Notes under the pieces: model-generated
The model's database searches: none
The model's input: only the letters and a program-made list of their open reading frames with translations
What the model was told of the DNA's origin: nothing
Assembly: GCF_009914755.1 (NCBI RefSeq)
Contig: NC_060929.1
Reading direction: 5' to 3' (one strand)
Length of the DNA: 64,000 bases
From: the human T2T-CHM13v2.0 reference genome, Homo sapiens
In this document: positions 1-18,283 of the stretch, in pieces
How the letters are laid out: each line of letters starts with the position of its first letter
Numbering within the stretch: position 1 is the stretch's first letter
Position numbers and translations under genes: made by a program

Positions 1-603
1 GCCCGCCTCGGCCTCCCAAAGTGCTGCGATAACAGGCGTGAGCCACCGGGCATGGCCTAGATCTTGTTTTAGTAGGCCATGCCTTAGCTGACTCAACATA
101 TATTCAAACTGCTCAGGGGAAAGAGTTGCCACTTGTAAAGAGGTTTGAATTTAGAGCATGCTACTAAATTATACAGAGCAACAGGCTTGCTAAAGCTTTT
201 CAAAATAAAAATGTTCAATCCTAGTGAAGGCATAATGAGACGTAAACACTCCGGGAAACAATTTGACAAGATATATATGATGTATCTCCTGGAAATATAT
301 CCTAGCTAATTCAAAATGAAGCCAAAGATTTACGCACAAAGATGGTGATTAGCTTTTTGGATAATTAAGAATAAAGACTCTAAGCACCCAAAGAAATGAC
401 AAGTTATGGAAAGTTCATAAAATATATAAGACAATGTCAAATTATGCTATGAGAAATTATAGGAATACATTAATACACTCATTCTATTAAGTATACAAAG
501 CATAGAAAGTAAAATTATACATCTATTTATATGCATATAATAAATTATATATATAATAATCCCAACTATGTAAAACATATGCATAGATTTAAAAGTAAAA
601 GAA

Positions 604-905
604 GGCCGGGCGCTGTGGCTCACACCTGTAACCCAGCACTTTGGGAGGCCAAGGCAGGTGGATCACGAGGTCAGGAGATCAAGACCATCCTGGCTAACAT
701 GGTGAAACCCCATCTCTACTAAAAATACAAAAAATTAGCCGGACGAGGTGGCGGGCGCCTGTAGTCCCAGCTATGCGGGAGGCTGAGGCAGGAGAATGGC
801 GAGAACCCCGGCAGGGCGGAGCCTGCAGTGAGCGGAGATCGCGCCACTGCACTCCAGCCTGGGCGACAGCGAGACTCCATCTCAAAAAAAAAAAAAAAAA
901 AAAAC
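604..905 (+). mobile_element. Young AluY, AluYe-like
   Basis: Diagnostic-looking cgaggtggcgggcgcc, gaaccccgg, gagcctgcag and gacagcgagac; A-tail; taaaagaa flanking repeat. Confidence 0.75.
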
Positions 906-1254
906 AACTAAAAGAAAACATGCCAAAAATATTAAGAATGGTACTCCATAAACTGTGGTTTCTCATTTTTCTTTCCACTTTTACCCCAATGGTCTATAAT
1001 AAATAGTATTAATTTTACAATCAAAAGAGAACTTTTTAAAGCAAAACAAAATACAGTCTGATTTGAAGACTTTCAAATCAAAATCAGTTTTTTTCAAGAT
1101 AATCTTTCAACTCACAGGAATACTTACATTCACAGAATTCAAAGAAAGAAGTCCAAAGTAGTCCTAACTATGACAGCAAATAATATTATACCAGATAATC
1201 CTAACCAAGCTTAGAAATAGCCTTTCCTTCACATTCCAGCTTATTATGCTTATT

Positions 1255-1910
1255 CTTCATTCAGTAAATAATTATTGAGCACCTACTACCTGCTGGGACT
1301 GTTTTAGAAACAGATGTGTTTACCAAGCAGTGAAAAAGAAGACATGACCCGTTTTCTCATAGAACTTGGATTCTGGTGGGGGAAAAGACAACCGACAGGA
1401 GGAAAACAAACAAACATGGAATATAATTTCATACAGTGCTAAGCACTATGAAGGAAAAAAATAAAGCAACATAAAATAACAGTGGAAAGCAGGAAGCTAT
1501 TTTCAATTGGGTGGTCAGAAAAGGTCTCTCTGAAGAGGAGATATCTGATCATGCAAGCTACTGGTATAACAACATAAATAGCATTCCTATTGCGTAATTG
1601 ACCTGGGATTTAGAAAAGTCTGTTTACAACTTAAAATATAAAAATCATCCCCATGAAAATAGTTTCTACTTTAAGAGGCAGTAAGGTATAATAGAACTAG
1701 AAAGACTAGGTTTGAATCGTGGCTCCACTACATAGAAGGTAGATACCCCTGTTTAGGTCACAAGCTCTCTCTCCCTCAGTTCAGTTTCCTCACATATAAA
1801 ACAGACAGAATAGTGCCTAGCTTATAAAGTTTATAAAGTGAAGAAAGATAATATATGGGAAAGAGCTTAGTAACATGTTTAGGCATGTAGTACTCATTAA
1901 CTGTAAGTTC
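1255..1910. mobile_element. L2 3' fragment (1255-1545) and MIR (1675-1910)
   Basis: cattcagtaaataattattgagcacctac (L2 end); ggtttgaatc...cagtttcctcacatataaaa (MIR core). Confidence 0.6.
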
Positions 1911-2215
1911 CCTACATACTTATAGTTCTTCCACAAATTGAGCACTATATACTAATGGTTCTCTGCGAAGCACTCACTATTTCACTATTGCAAGTAGAAA
2001 CGTATCACATTTTTATCTTCCAACCACACCGAGGCTCCAAAGTCCAAATCACCGCTGACTAAATTCTTGTTAGATATTGATGCTATAAATGATACTGGCT
2101 TAACAAGATTAATATTATTTTTACTAACCTCATACTCACCTTTTCTTTCATTTCATCATGAACTGTTTCCATTTTGAATCCCTAACTCCAAAGTGTGGCC
2201 TCCTTCCAATCTGCT

Positions 2216-2602
2216 TGTGATGGTTAATTTTATGTGTCAACTTGGCTAGACTAGGTTATATGGCCAGTTGTTTGGTCAAATACTAATCTATTAGCAGATA
2301 TTGGTGTAAGGGTATTGTTAGGTATGATTAACATTTACAATCAGTAGACTTTGAGTCTATTACCCACCATAATGTAGGTAAGCCTCATCCAGTCAATTGA
2401 AGGCCTAAGAGAAAAGACTGGGGTTTCCCAGAGAAGGATAAATTTTGCCTCCAGGCTGCAACAAGGAAATCTTGCCTGAGCTTCCAGCCTAATGGCCTGT
2501 CTCATAACATTCAATCTTGCTAGCCCCCATGGTCATGTGAGTCAGTTTCCTAAAATATCTATCTACTATTGATTCTGTTTCTCTGGAGAACCCTGACTGA
2601 CA
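2216..2602 (+). mobile_element. MLT2-type (ERVL) solo LTR
   Basis: tgtgatggttaattttatgtgtcaacttggctag start; tctgtttctctggagaaccctgact end; flanking TGCT repeat. Confidence 0.85.
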
Positions 2603-2609
2603 TGCTGAT

Positions 2610-4890
<2,281 letters not shown>

Positions 4891-5619
4891 AAACAACAAC
4901 AACAACAAAAATCAAACAAAAAAAGTTATTTTCATAAACAGAATGAACAGTAAATATAAACCAACAGAAATAAATAAACCAAGCACTCTTACAAGCAACA
5001 TAATAAATGTCTATAGTATCAGGTACATGACATTTTTGTTCAAGAATTAAAAAGACGTTTTTTAATGTGTTCTGAATTCCATTTACCCACGTCCCTATCC
5101 TCAAATTATACTGTGAAACCTTAATCTATCATACACATTGTTTTGGAAACCATAAATTACAACTGCTAGTAAGGCAAGGTATAGTTTTCATTCTCCCATA
5201 GCACAGGCTCTCTTCCAAAGGGAATGTGATTTCTTAGTGCTAGTACTATATGCAGGCATTGTGCTATCATTAAAACTTTCTCTAAAATATTAATTTATTT
5301 GCTGTTTTTCCTGCTGCTTCAAATTCTCAGATCACCAAGTCATCCTCACTGTTTTCAGAAAATATGACATGGAAATTTCAATGCATAGGAATAACGTTTG
5401 ACACTAAACTTTCAAAGTCCATATCATCAGTAAGATACTTTCAAACTAGTACAACATATAAAAGACAGCATGATACAGTTGTGGATGATGAGCTTACAAA
5501 GGTTGATGGCTGATGATAATAATAGGAAGGTGAAGAAGAATAAAAGCTTGAAGAAGGCTTCGGTGACTTCACATCATTGGACACAAGGAAGTGAAACATG
5601 CGCATATGATATCAAATCA

Positions 5620-6710
5620 ATGAAAAAACACTAGATCAGTAAATAGTATGCAGACAACTGATAGGTCATTCAGAAAGAATGTGCATCCCTAATTCACAGC
5701 ATATAGGAAAATAAATTACAGAGAAAATGAAAGATTGCAAAGCACAATGCTATAAACCACTAGAAGAATATTATAAGAAAGGAACAAGTATAGCCACACA
5801 AAAAGTAAACATTTTTTCAAAACTTTCATCATGGCCAAAACCATTATTAAAAAACTGAAAGGCAAATGTCAAACTGGGAGAAGTATTTGCAATAAATAAC
5901 AGTTAATATATTTAATATATAAAGAGTTCCTATAAATCAGATTTTTTAAATAAGGCCATCATTAGAAAAATGGAAAAAAGAACATGAAGAGGTAACTCAT
6001 ATAACAACCACAGAAATGGCCAATGAATATTTTTATGTATACATATATTCCAACCCATTAGCAATTAAATGTACATTATAACAAGATACCATTTCTGCAT
6101 TTTCATCCATCAAAATCTCAACAAAGTACAAAATTAAAATATTCAATGTCATCTAGAGTATGAAAAGGGATCTCTGATGGGCTGCTTTTAAGAGTATAAT
6201 TTTACCCAGCTTCTCAAAAGTACAAGTTAGCAACCTAAATGTGCACACTGTCTTACCTAAGAAAATAATCACAGAAGTATACAAAGACTTAATTACAATG
6301 ATGCTTAACTCCACATGGCTTAAAATGTCTCAAAACTGGAAGCAGTCTTAATATGGAAGGGAAGTTTTCTTAAAATCATTAATATATTTATTAAATGGAA
6401 TATTATACAATGATTTTAAATGATGATAGAAAATCTTAATTCATCATGTTACTATTTGCCAGTTTTTATTTATTGGTTTAACTTTGAACAAGTATGTTAT
6501 TTTTAGTAATACTTTTAAAGTACACCTTAAACATTTTTAAATGATATTCAGGGGTTATGGCAATGCTTGGAATATAAATGGGTCTATCTTCCATGAAAGC
6601 AATTTAGCCATACCTATCAAAATAAAGCACTGTTCACTTTAAGATAAATCACTGAGCTGTACACACTTAAGATTTTTGAACTTTTCTATATACACTTTAT
6701 ACTTCAAAAA
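5620..6710 (+). mobile_element. Old L1M 3' remnant
   Basis: A-rich; aaaggcaaatgtcaaactgggagaagtatttgca and gagctgtacacacttaagat motifs. Confidence 0.6.
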
Positions 6711-7087
6711 TGGAAAGAAAAAAAAAAACACCTGTACTCTCGCCTCCACCCCTAAAATCTAGGGATGATAAAAGTACCATTCATGAAAGAGTTAGACTTT
6801 ACTAATCTGGGGACATGTCTATAACATAATGTTAAATAAATAAAGCAAATAAGTGACCCCGTATTGTGATTTTTCTAGGGTGAGCCCATTTCCTCTATTC
6901 AAAAAAAAATGGCTGGGTGCGGTGGCTCATGCCTGTAATCCCAGCACTTTGGGAGGCTGAGGCGGGCAGACCACCTGAGGTCAGGAGTTCGAGAACAGCC
7001 TGGCCAACGTGGCAAAATCTCGTCTCCACTTAAAATACAAAAAATTAGCCAGGCGTGGTGGCGCACACCTGTCGTCCCACCTATTCA

Positions 7088-7222
<135 letters not shown>

Positions 7223-8647
7223 TTAATTTAAATGAGGGAATTCTGATAGTTGTCAGATTGCATACCCTCCTATGAACAAAGAAAACAAATATACAATGAT
7301 AAAGAACAAAATGTTAACATTCGTTTCTTAGGGGGAAGGAAGGGATTAGAAGGGAGAGATTACTAAACTTTTCTGTATATAATTTAATTAAGTCATAATA
7401 AAATACTGATATTCCTTGACCAAGCAATTACACATACAAAATCGTACAAGCCTAAAGATACATATGCAATGAAATCACTGAAGTTCCTATAATACAACCC
7501 CCGCCACAAAAGACAAAAAAAAAAATTGTAGTCTAAAGGCCCCTCAAAAGGAAAACTAGCCACCGGGATCAGTGGCTCACACCTGTAATCCCAACACTTT
7601 TGGGAGGCTGAATTGGGAGGATCACTTGAGACCAGAAGTTTGAGACCAGCCTGGGCAATATATCAAGACCCTGTCTGTACAAAAAACTGAAAAATTATCT
7701 GGGCATGGTGGCACATGCCTGTGGTCCCAGCTACTCAGGAGGCTGAAGTGCGAGGGATCACTTGAGCTTGGGAGGTCAAGGTTGCAGTGAGCCATGATCC
7801 TACCACTGCACTCCAGCCTGGGCAACAGAGCAAGACCCAATCTCAAAAAAAAAGAGAGAGAAAAAAAGTGGCTATTTTTTTTTTGAAAATAAAAAAATGC
7901 TAAAGCCCTGTGATGTAGCCTCCCGAGTAGCTGAGATTACAGGTGCATGCCACCATACCTGGCTAATTTTTGTATTTTTAGTAGAGACGGGGTTTCACCA
8001 TGTTGGTGACCTCAGGTGATCCATTTGCCTGGGCCTCCCAAAGTGCTGGGATTACAGGTGTGAACCATCATGCCTGGCCTTTATTTTTAATTTCTTGAAG
8101 CTTGTTTAAAAATTTTTTAATGCTAGCATGAAACAGTGGTTTGTAAAACTTTGAGGCATTTTAGGTTTGCTTTTAAAATGCCCCAAGAAAAACAAAATTG
8201 AAGAAAAGTTGAACTAAGATTAGCATAATTTTGAAAACTGTTCAAGATTAAGTTGAATAATTCTCTTATTTTTGTGTGTTTAGCTATTTCTATAAGGAGA
8301 AAGTTTTTAAAATGAAATCTTCCTAAGAGCCCCATTAAGTAGAATAGATAAATCCAGAGCCATTCTAAGTGAGATCGAAGTAGGAGGCACACTGTGCTAG
8401 CCCCTCCTTTATCCCTCTAGTGACTCCAAAGTCAAGCTGGGGTTCCACAGGGCATTAAAAATACCACTGTTAAAATCAGCAGCAGCAGAATAACACTGCA
8501 CAATTTGATGGATTCCTCCCTACCGAACAGACAGGAGGAAGTAAGGCCCTAAAATAGCAACAAATGTTCTCTCTGGGTGGTAGATGCTCACGCTACCAAT
8601 GGACGTTTTCTTCTTTTTCAAACTCTATTTCGTAAATTTTCTTATAA

Positions 8648-9638
<991 letters not shown>

Positions 9639-10019
9639 TAGGTTTTAGTGTCTATAAAATACTACAGATTCTACCACTGAGCAACCCAAAACGTTCACAT
9701 TATCAGACCCAGAGTGCTATAGGATAATTAAGATAATCAACAAGAAATGACAAATCCCTAATGCTTATTAGAAAACAGACAAGAGGCAATGAATTCAAAC
9801 AGCCATGTCTGACCTTAGACAGACCGACCCTGAACAAAAACAGCCTTATCATATGCATGGTCTTTTAGCTAATCCTTACCTAGCCCTGGAATCTAAGACT
9901 GAAATTCCTTCTTACATGGAGAACCAGGAGCAAGTAAATTTAAAAAATGGATTTCATACCCCCCAAGAGTAAGAATCAGTAAGAGGTGGCAATTATCTTT
10001 CTCTACCTCATAAAAACCC

Positions 10020-11440
10020 TTTATGATTTTTAAAGATGAGGAAACAGGGGTTCGGGAAAATAAAGTAACTTGCCCAGTATCACAAAGTCATTAAGTAGTA
10101 GGAACAGGACTAGAATAGAGGTTTGTCTGCACCAAAGCCAGGGTTCTTTCTACCAAGCTATCTCCCTCCTCTAAAAAATATTCTCTTATATCAAAAGCTA
10201 TGATAAGTTCTGTGGCATTCTCAGACCACTGTGGCTCACTACACCTATTAAAAGTAAAAAAAGAAACAAGAAAGGCAGCTGTCAAGAAGTTGTGCTACTT
10301 ACTGCCCAGCACTATATGCACTAGAGCTTGGAAGGAGGCACTCAAACTCAATTCACGTGATCCTCACTGTCATTCCAAGCAATCAGTCCTACCCCAGCAA
10401 AAGGCTTATCACTAACACTCTCCCCCAGCTGAGGCTGCAAATGACATTCCCAAGACAACTTGCCAGTCTATTACATCATGCTGCTGTGTTGGCTTTAAAT
10501 TTTTAACTCCAAAAATTAAGGGGAATTTGTTTCAACCTAAAAATGGCAGTTGCAAGTTAAAATGGCAGTTGTCACTACAGACTGGTGACTAGAGCACTGG
10601 CTTTGCAGTCATCCAGATTATGTTCCTAACCCAGTTCTGCCACTTAAATAAATGTGTAACCTTAGGCAGGTCAATTCACCTCTATAATTTCATATACAAA
10701 AATGGCAAGGTAGATAACTTTTCCATAAAAGATCAAATGAGATAATCCAATTCCTAGAGTCCAACACATAGAAAGAACGTGGAAAATAAATGATACATAC
10801 TATTATTAACATTGGTATGATTCTCATGCCACAGGAATCTGGGCAAATCAATAATCCACATGGTCTGAATTCCTGATTATTTGCTATAACAATCAACTGG
10901 TTGAATCAGGACATCTGAGGCAAATGAAACACTGACTCAGTTCAGCTTGGTTGAGAGATAACCAATAGAGGCCCTGGCACATACCAATTGCTCAGTAAAT
11001 ATTTATGGAATTAAGTTTGCAGAAAGTCCACTCAGGAACCTCACTAGCTGTAAGATTCAGGAGGGCTCATTTTGGCAAAAAGAATGGCAACTTTTTTTTT
11101 CTACAGAATTTGGCAGGTTTTTCTTTTCTTATTTTCAAATAATATTAATAACTAAACAAACCATATACCAGGTGTCAATAGTGAGGTTTCTACAAATAAA
11201 ACCAACATGGAAAACTACAAAAGCAGCATTCCAGAGTAGAGGAAAGAAAACCAGTTTGGGAATCAGGCAAGTGTGTGATTCATATGCCAGTAACTTTACA
11301 GTTATGTAAACATTATCTTGGGCCAAATAGTCACGTCAGACTCAGTTTCCATATCAGAAAATTGGAGATAAGAACACCTACTTCACAGGGTTGTCATAAA
11401 GCTAATATATGTGAAGCACCATGTAACAGTTGGTAATGAG
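10020..11440. mobile_element. Three MIR fragments (~10020-10160, ~10580-10810, ~11225-11440)
   Basis: aaagatgaggaaacag...aagtaacttgccc; gtgtaaccttaggcaggtca; ctcagtttcc...cctacttcacagggttgt. Confidence 0.6.
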
Positions 11441-13932
11441 TGATTTTTAAGTCTCTGATACCTGTTTTCCCTTCTAGACGATGGTAGAAACTTCCGGAAT
11501 GGGTAAATTATGCCTAAGGGCAACTACTATCTTCCCTCCGGCTTTTTCGAAAGGTAAACTAAAATTCAGCCATATAGACAGGTCAATGGGCTCAAGTTGC
11601 AATTATCAGTGGGTCCACTCTGACAATTTTAAGGGGGACTCTTTCATGGAACTTCAGAGACCAGGAAAGAACCAGGCTCTGTTCTCTCCAGGTAGCCTAA
11701 CTATTCCTTCCCTTCTCAGGCCTGCTCTAATATGAGGTTGCTAAAAGGTGTGCAAAGGAAGAGTCATCTTTGCAATAAACCAAAGATGCAGCATATAAGC
11801 AACAGGCCTTCTTTGAGAGCCCAAACCCAAATTAAGGCACGAAATTTTAGCACTGTTTGGAGACTGGAGGTAAAGGGGAGAAATGTTGGCATTAAAATAA
11901 TACTTAAATGAGTACAGAGGAAGGAAGTCTTCCAGGCTCATTAATATTAATACATGTTTACTTTCCATTCACATGTGGGACAAAACAGAGTAATGATTTG
12001 CTAATGCCAATGAGCTGAGTACTTAGTTCATTTTACTATGCTGCATACCCTCAATTATATACTAGCAAAAATTAAACCTAAGTAAACAGAATACTCTACA
12101 CGTCTCTAAAGACAATATTGCTCCACTCACTGAAATAAGACCCAATCAAGGCAAAAAAAAAAAAATCTTTTTTTCCTTCTTAAGTGAATTTCACTAAGAA
12201 AGATGAGTCAAGGAACTTTTAACAAATTTGGATTTCCATTTTCAACAAGGTAGGAACCCGTGTACCTCCTCCCACTCACCCCACCTCCAGAGAACTCACA
12301 ATACTGTTACTAAAATATATTGAATGATGCCTTCCATTGGCCAATTACTTTTAACTGAATGCAATAAAAAGAATCCGCACTTCAAGACCTCACTAACAAC
12401 TACAATTTTTCCCCCTCTTAAATTTCCAGTTCTGGAAAAAACTCGGTCAGCCCACTAAAAAGCAACTGTAACATTCCTTTTAATCCAGAAAAATAGAGAC
12501 AAAAATACACCTATTATAATACACCTATTATACACCTATTATAATAACGCAAATATCCATTATACAGCATCAAGGAGAGCACATGCAATAATGGCTGCCA
12601 TTCCAAGAACATTTTTGTTAAAAGTTACATCGCATGCACAGAAGCTGCTTTTCCAAAAGTAAACATATATTCATTACACTGAGCCTCACTGAAGCATCCT
12701 GTTCTTGTAAGGTGAGACTTGTAACCCACCTTTATATACAGAATCTAAAGACAACTGGGCCTTATATTGAACTCGCTCTCCAGTTAACTGTGTTAGTGAG
12801 GTTCCAGTACAGTTCCCCAAAGAAAGCAATTTGAATCAATAACCACACCAGTGCTACTCTGAATGTTTGCCAATAAGTAAATAAAATGCCTGACTCCAAT
12901 ATGAAGAACATTTTCCTCCTTCCTGGCTCCCCAGCTCCATTTAAAAATTGTAAACATGAATAGAAAGATAAACTTGAGAACAGCAAAGTCACCCATGCCA
13001 TCAATAATATCCCTCTAACTCAGTGCCTAATTTTGCAGTTTTCCTCAAACAGGACAGTCTCAACCAGATGCCAGGAATTTAATATGGCTTTTCAAAGATA
13101 TATCAAACTGTCTGGAATATGCAGTGATGAAAACTGAATATTGCTACTGAAACCATATTTAATTAAACACATGCTTGCTCAGAGCTTCAGAAATAAAGCT
13201 ACAATGTTTTCTTCCTTGGCTCTCTTAGAAGCCACCCCAACAAGAGAGGGTCACCAGCTGCACTCCTGCTAACAGTTCTATCCTGAGCAACCCTTTCCCA
13301 TCCACCCCCAAAAAGTTTTACTTTTATCTGTGGAATTCTCTGCCGGCCTCGGCCTGGAAAACTGGGTGGACCCTGAGGACAGGTGTCAGATCTGGCCTTT
13401 GGGAGGTGGCCCAAACTGACAAATTATTGGCAGCATAAAGCTATGATCTTTATAAACTTCAGTTTGAGGCTTTATGCCAGTAGTGATTCCCTCCCCGCTC
13501 CTTTTTTGAAGAGGGGAGAGAAAGCAAGCCAAAAGGATGAGTTTCAAAATAGAAAAAAATCACCACTTTAATTATGAAACCCTCCCAACTCAACAAAGAA
13601 CTGTTAAAGGTAGCCAAATGGAAAATGTCAGGAGTTTTTTTTGGCACATGCGCAACTATTAAACATGAGAATTACAACCTCAAGGTGAGGGGAAAAGAGT
13701 AAAAAGCAGGAGCAGAAAAGGGGAGGACAGGGCCCAGCCAAAGACCCGTTTGCTCAAAAGGGCCCCTCTTGGTACTAACTCCTCCATGTGGGGCACCCAG
13801 GCTGGAGGAAAGCAGAGGGTTACACAGAACATTTAGCAGACTTAACATTGGATTAAACACACTACTGCAAGTTTCAACAAATGTTCATGGCATACGTAAA
13901 AACACATTTACAACAAGAAAGAAGAGAGGCAC

Positions 13933-14034
13933 CTGGAGACATCTGACACTGGGCATGCTCTGCAGGCAACTCAGTGCGCACATGCTCTCTACCAGGTTGG
14001 CGCAGCCTAGCCACAAAGACCTTGGCACAGAACA
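13933..14034 (-). CDS. FBXW11: FBXW11 coding exon 2, 102-nt in-frame cassette exon (34 aa)
   Basis: Branch-like CTAAC (14075-14071), pyrimidine tract and CTGCAG|TGT acceptor; open frame [34 protein letters not shown]; weak donor CAG|GTGCCT; phase 0/0. Matches the segment known to differ between beta-TrCP2 isoforms. Not in the ORF track. Confidence 0.95.
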
Positions 14035-15218
14035 CTGCAGGATGACAAAAAGGAAGGAAGAGAAGAAGCAGTTAGAGGCCGCAACAAATCACTCCTTCAC
14101 ACAGGCAACTTGAATGTTAGTTGGGGCAGGGGGTGCACCCTTGGCAGTTTGGAGGTTAGGGATGGTCCCAGACAGCTCACTGAAACCTTGGGGGAGGGCC
14201 CACTTGATGTTCTATGGAAAGGAGGTTTCTGCTGCCAACCACTAATTTCTCAGGGTACAGTGAATAGAATCAAGAGGGACAGAGAGAATGTTTAAACAAA
14301 AACCCACCAAAGGGAACTGTGAAAGTTTGAGTGCAAAACAAGATTAGTGGTGAGATTGTCGACTACAATTTCATCAGTGCCACAGTTTCTCGTCTATGTC
14401 ACATAACCATAATTGTCATCGTTGTTTAAGAACCTACAAAACCACAAAAAGTGCTATTTGCCCAGCACTTTACATTTGTTCTCTAATCCTCATATCATTG
14501 TAAGGAAACCGAGGCTCAAAGGTTAAGTGATTCGCGCAAGGACACACAACAAAGGAGGGGAGAGCCAGAATTTCAAACTTTGGTTTGTCTGCTACCAAAA
14601 CCCACATTCTTTCCACAAGACTATGATGCTGCTATTGTGAAAACTTATATCACCCCAACTTTTATCATGTGAGTAAAGTTTTGCACCTCCCTAAGGTAAA
14701 ATCACAGGAGACCTAAAGAATAAGGCAAAAAGAACAAGAAAGATGGGTGACAGACTGATAGATAAAGGCAATAAAAGAGGTGATTTAAAATGCATGATTT
14801 TCAGTGTCATCACATCTCCACCTTCCCAAAGGAAAAACATTGGAACGTCATGATTTTCATTTTAGACTTTGTTTACAAAGTCCGTCTGACATGACTAAGA
14901 ATTAAAAAGCTTATTTAATTTACCTCTTCGATCCTCTTTTAAAAGCTTGCTGATTTTAAAGGAATTAAGAAAAAAAGTAAAATATAAAATGAACATATGT
15001 ACTACAGCTACTACTTAATAACCATTAGACCATACTGTAAAGTTAATAACCATTAGACCACACTGTTCAATCATTCAGATATAAAGTCAATTAATTTACT
15101 ATGGCAAAATCAATACTCATGTAACAAAAATTAAAGGTGAGTGTTTGGGTTCAACCAAAACATCCCAGAAGTCTTGGACCCAAGCTCATAAACTTGTTTG
15201 TTCTAGCTATAATTAGAA

Positions 15219-15329
15219 TAGCCAAACACCCTCATTTGCCTGAGATAGTCCTGGATGACACTTATTGTCCCCTCATAACTTTCACTCTCAAAAGTGTTCT
15301 GGTTTAGTGGATAAATTCTATTATCACCC
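15219..15329. mobile_element. MER94-like hAT-Blackjack fragment
   Basis: Degenerate ctggttt...ggataaatt...atcaccc end resembling the family TIR. Confidence 0.4.
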
Positions 15330-15900
15330 AACTGCAATACAAACAAAGATAGCTTTGCTTGAAATCAGAGAGACCTGGGTTCCTATCTAGTATCTGTCAC
15401 TTACTAGTTACAGTTCACCTATAATACACGGAATATTGAGATTACTTAGAAAAGGCATTTAAAGAATACAAAATCAGAGGAACCAAATGGAATAAAAAAA
15501 TTGAGCAGCTTTCTGGTAGCAATGAAAATGACACACTTCCAAGGTGTGCCTTTATTCCAAAGCCAATACAGTGGCAATATATCATTGAAACTCCAGGTAC
15601 ACAAATTTTGTTGCCTCAACACTTTGCAGAGTGCCAACCACAGAAGGTGCTGAATAAAATAATGAAATAAAATAATGAAAGTAGTTGCCATTTATCAAGC
15701 TTCTGTTATGTGCTAGACAGCTGAAATAGTAAACTCTCACAATAACCCTGTAAAATAGGTATTATTCCATTTTATGATGAGGAAACTGATGATCAGGAAA
15801 GAGATATCAAGCAGAGTCCCATGGAATTTTTTTTCCATTAAGAAAAAAATTTTTTTAATTAAAACAGAAAGGAGAGCCTGATTTGTTAAAACAGCAACAC

Positions 15901-18283
<2,383 letters not shown>

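Noticed and set aside
12505-12545. Short repeats (atacacctatt x3; also aaaatggcagttg x2 at ~10540-10571) as a CRISPR-like array
   Set aside because: Simple slippage duplications with no unique spacers, in eukaryotic intronic DNA.
13769-14113. 114-aa plus-strand ORF over exon 2
   Set aside because: Antisense to the real exon, non-ATG start, no independent support.
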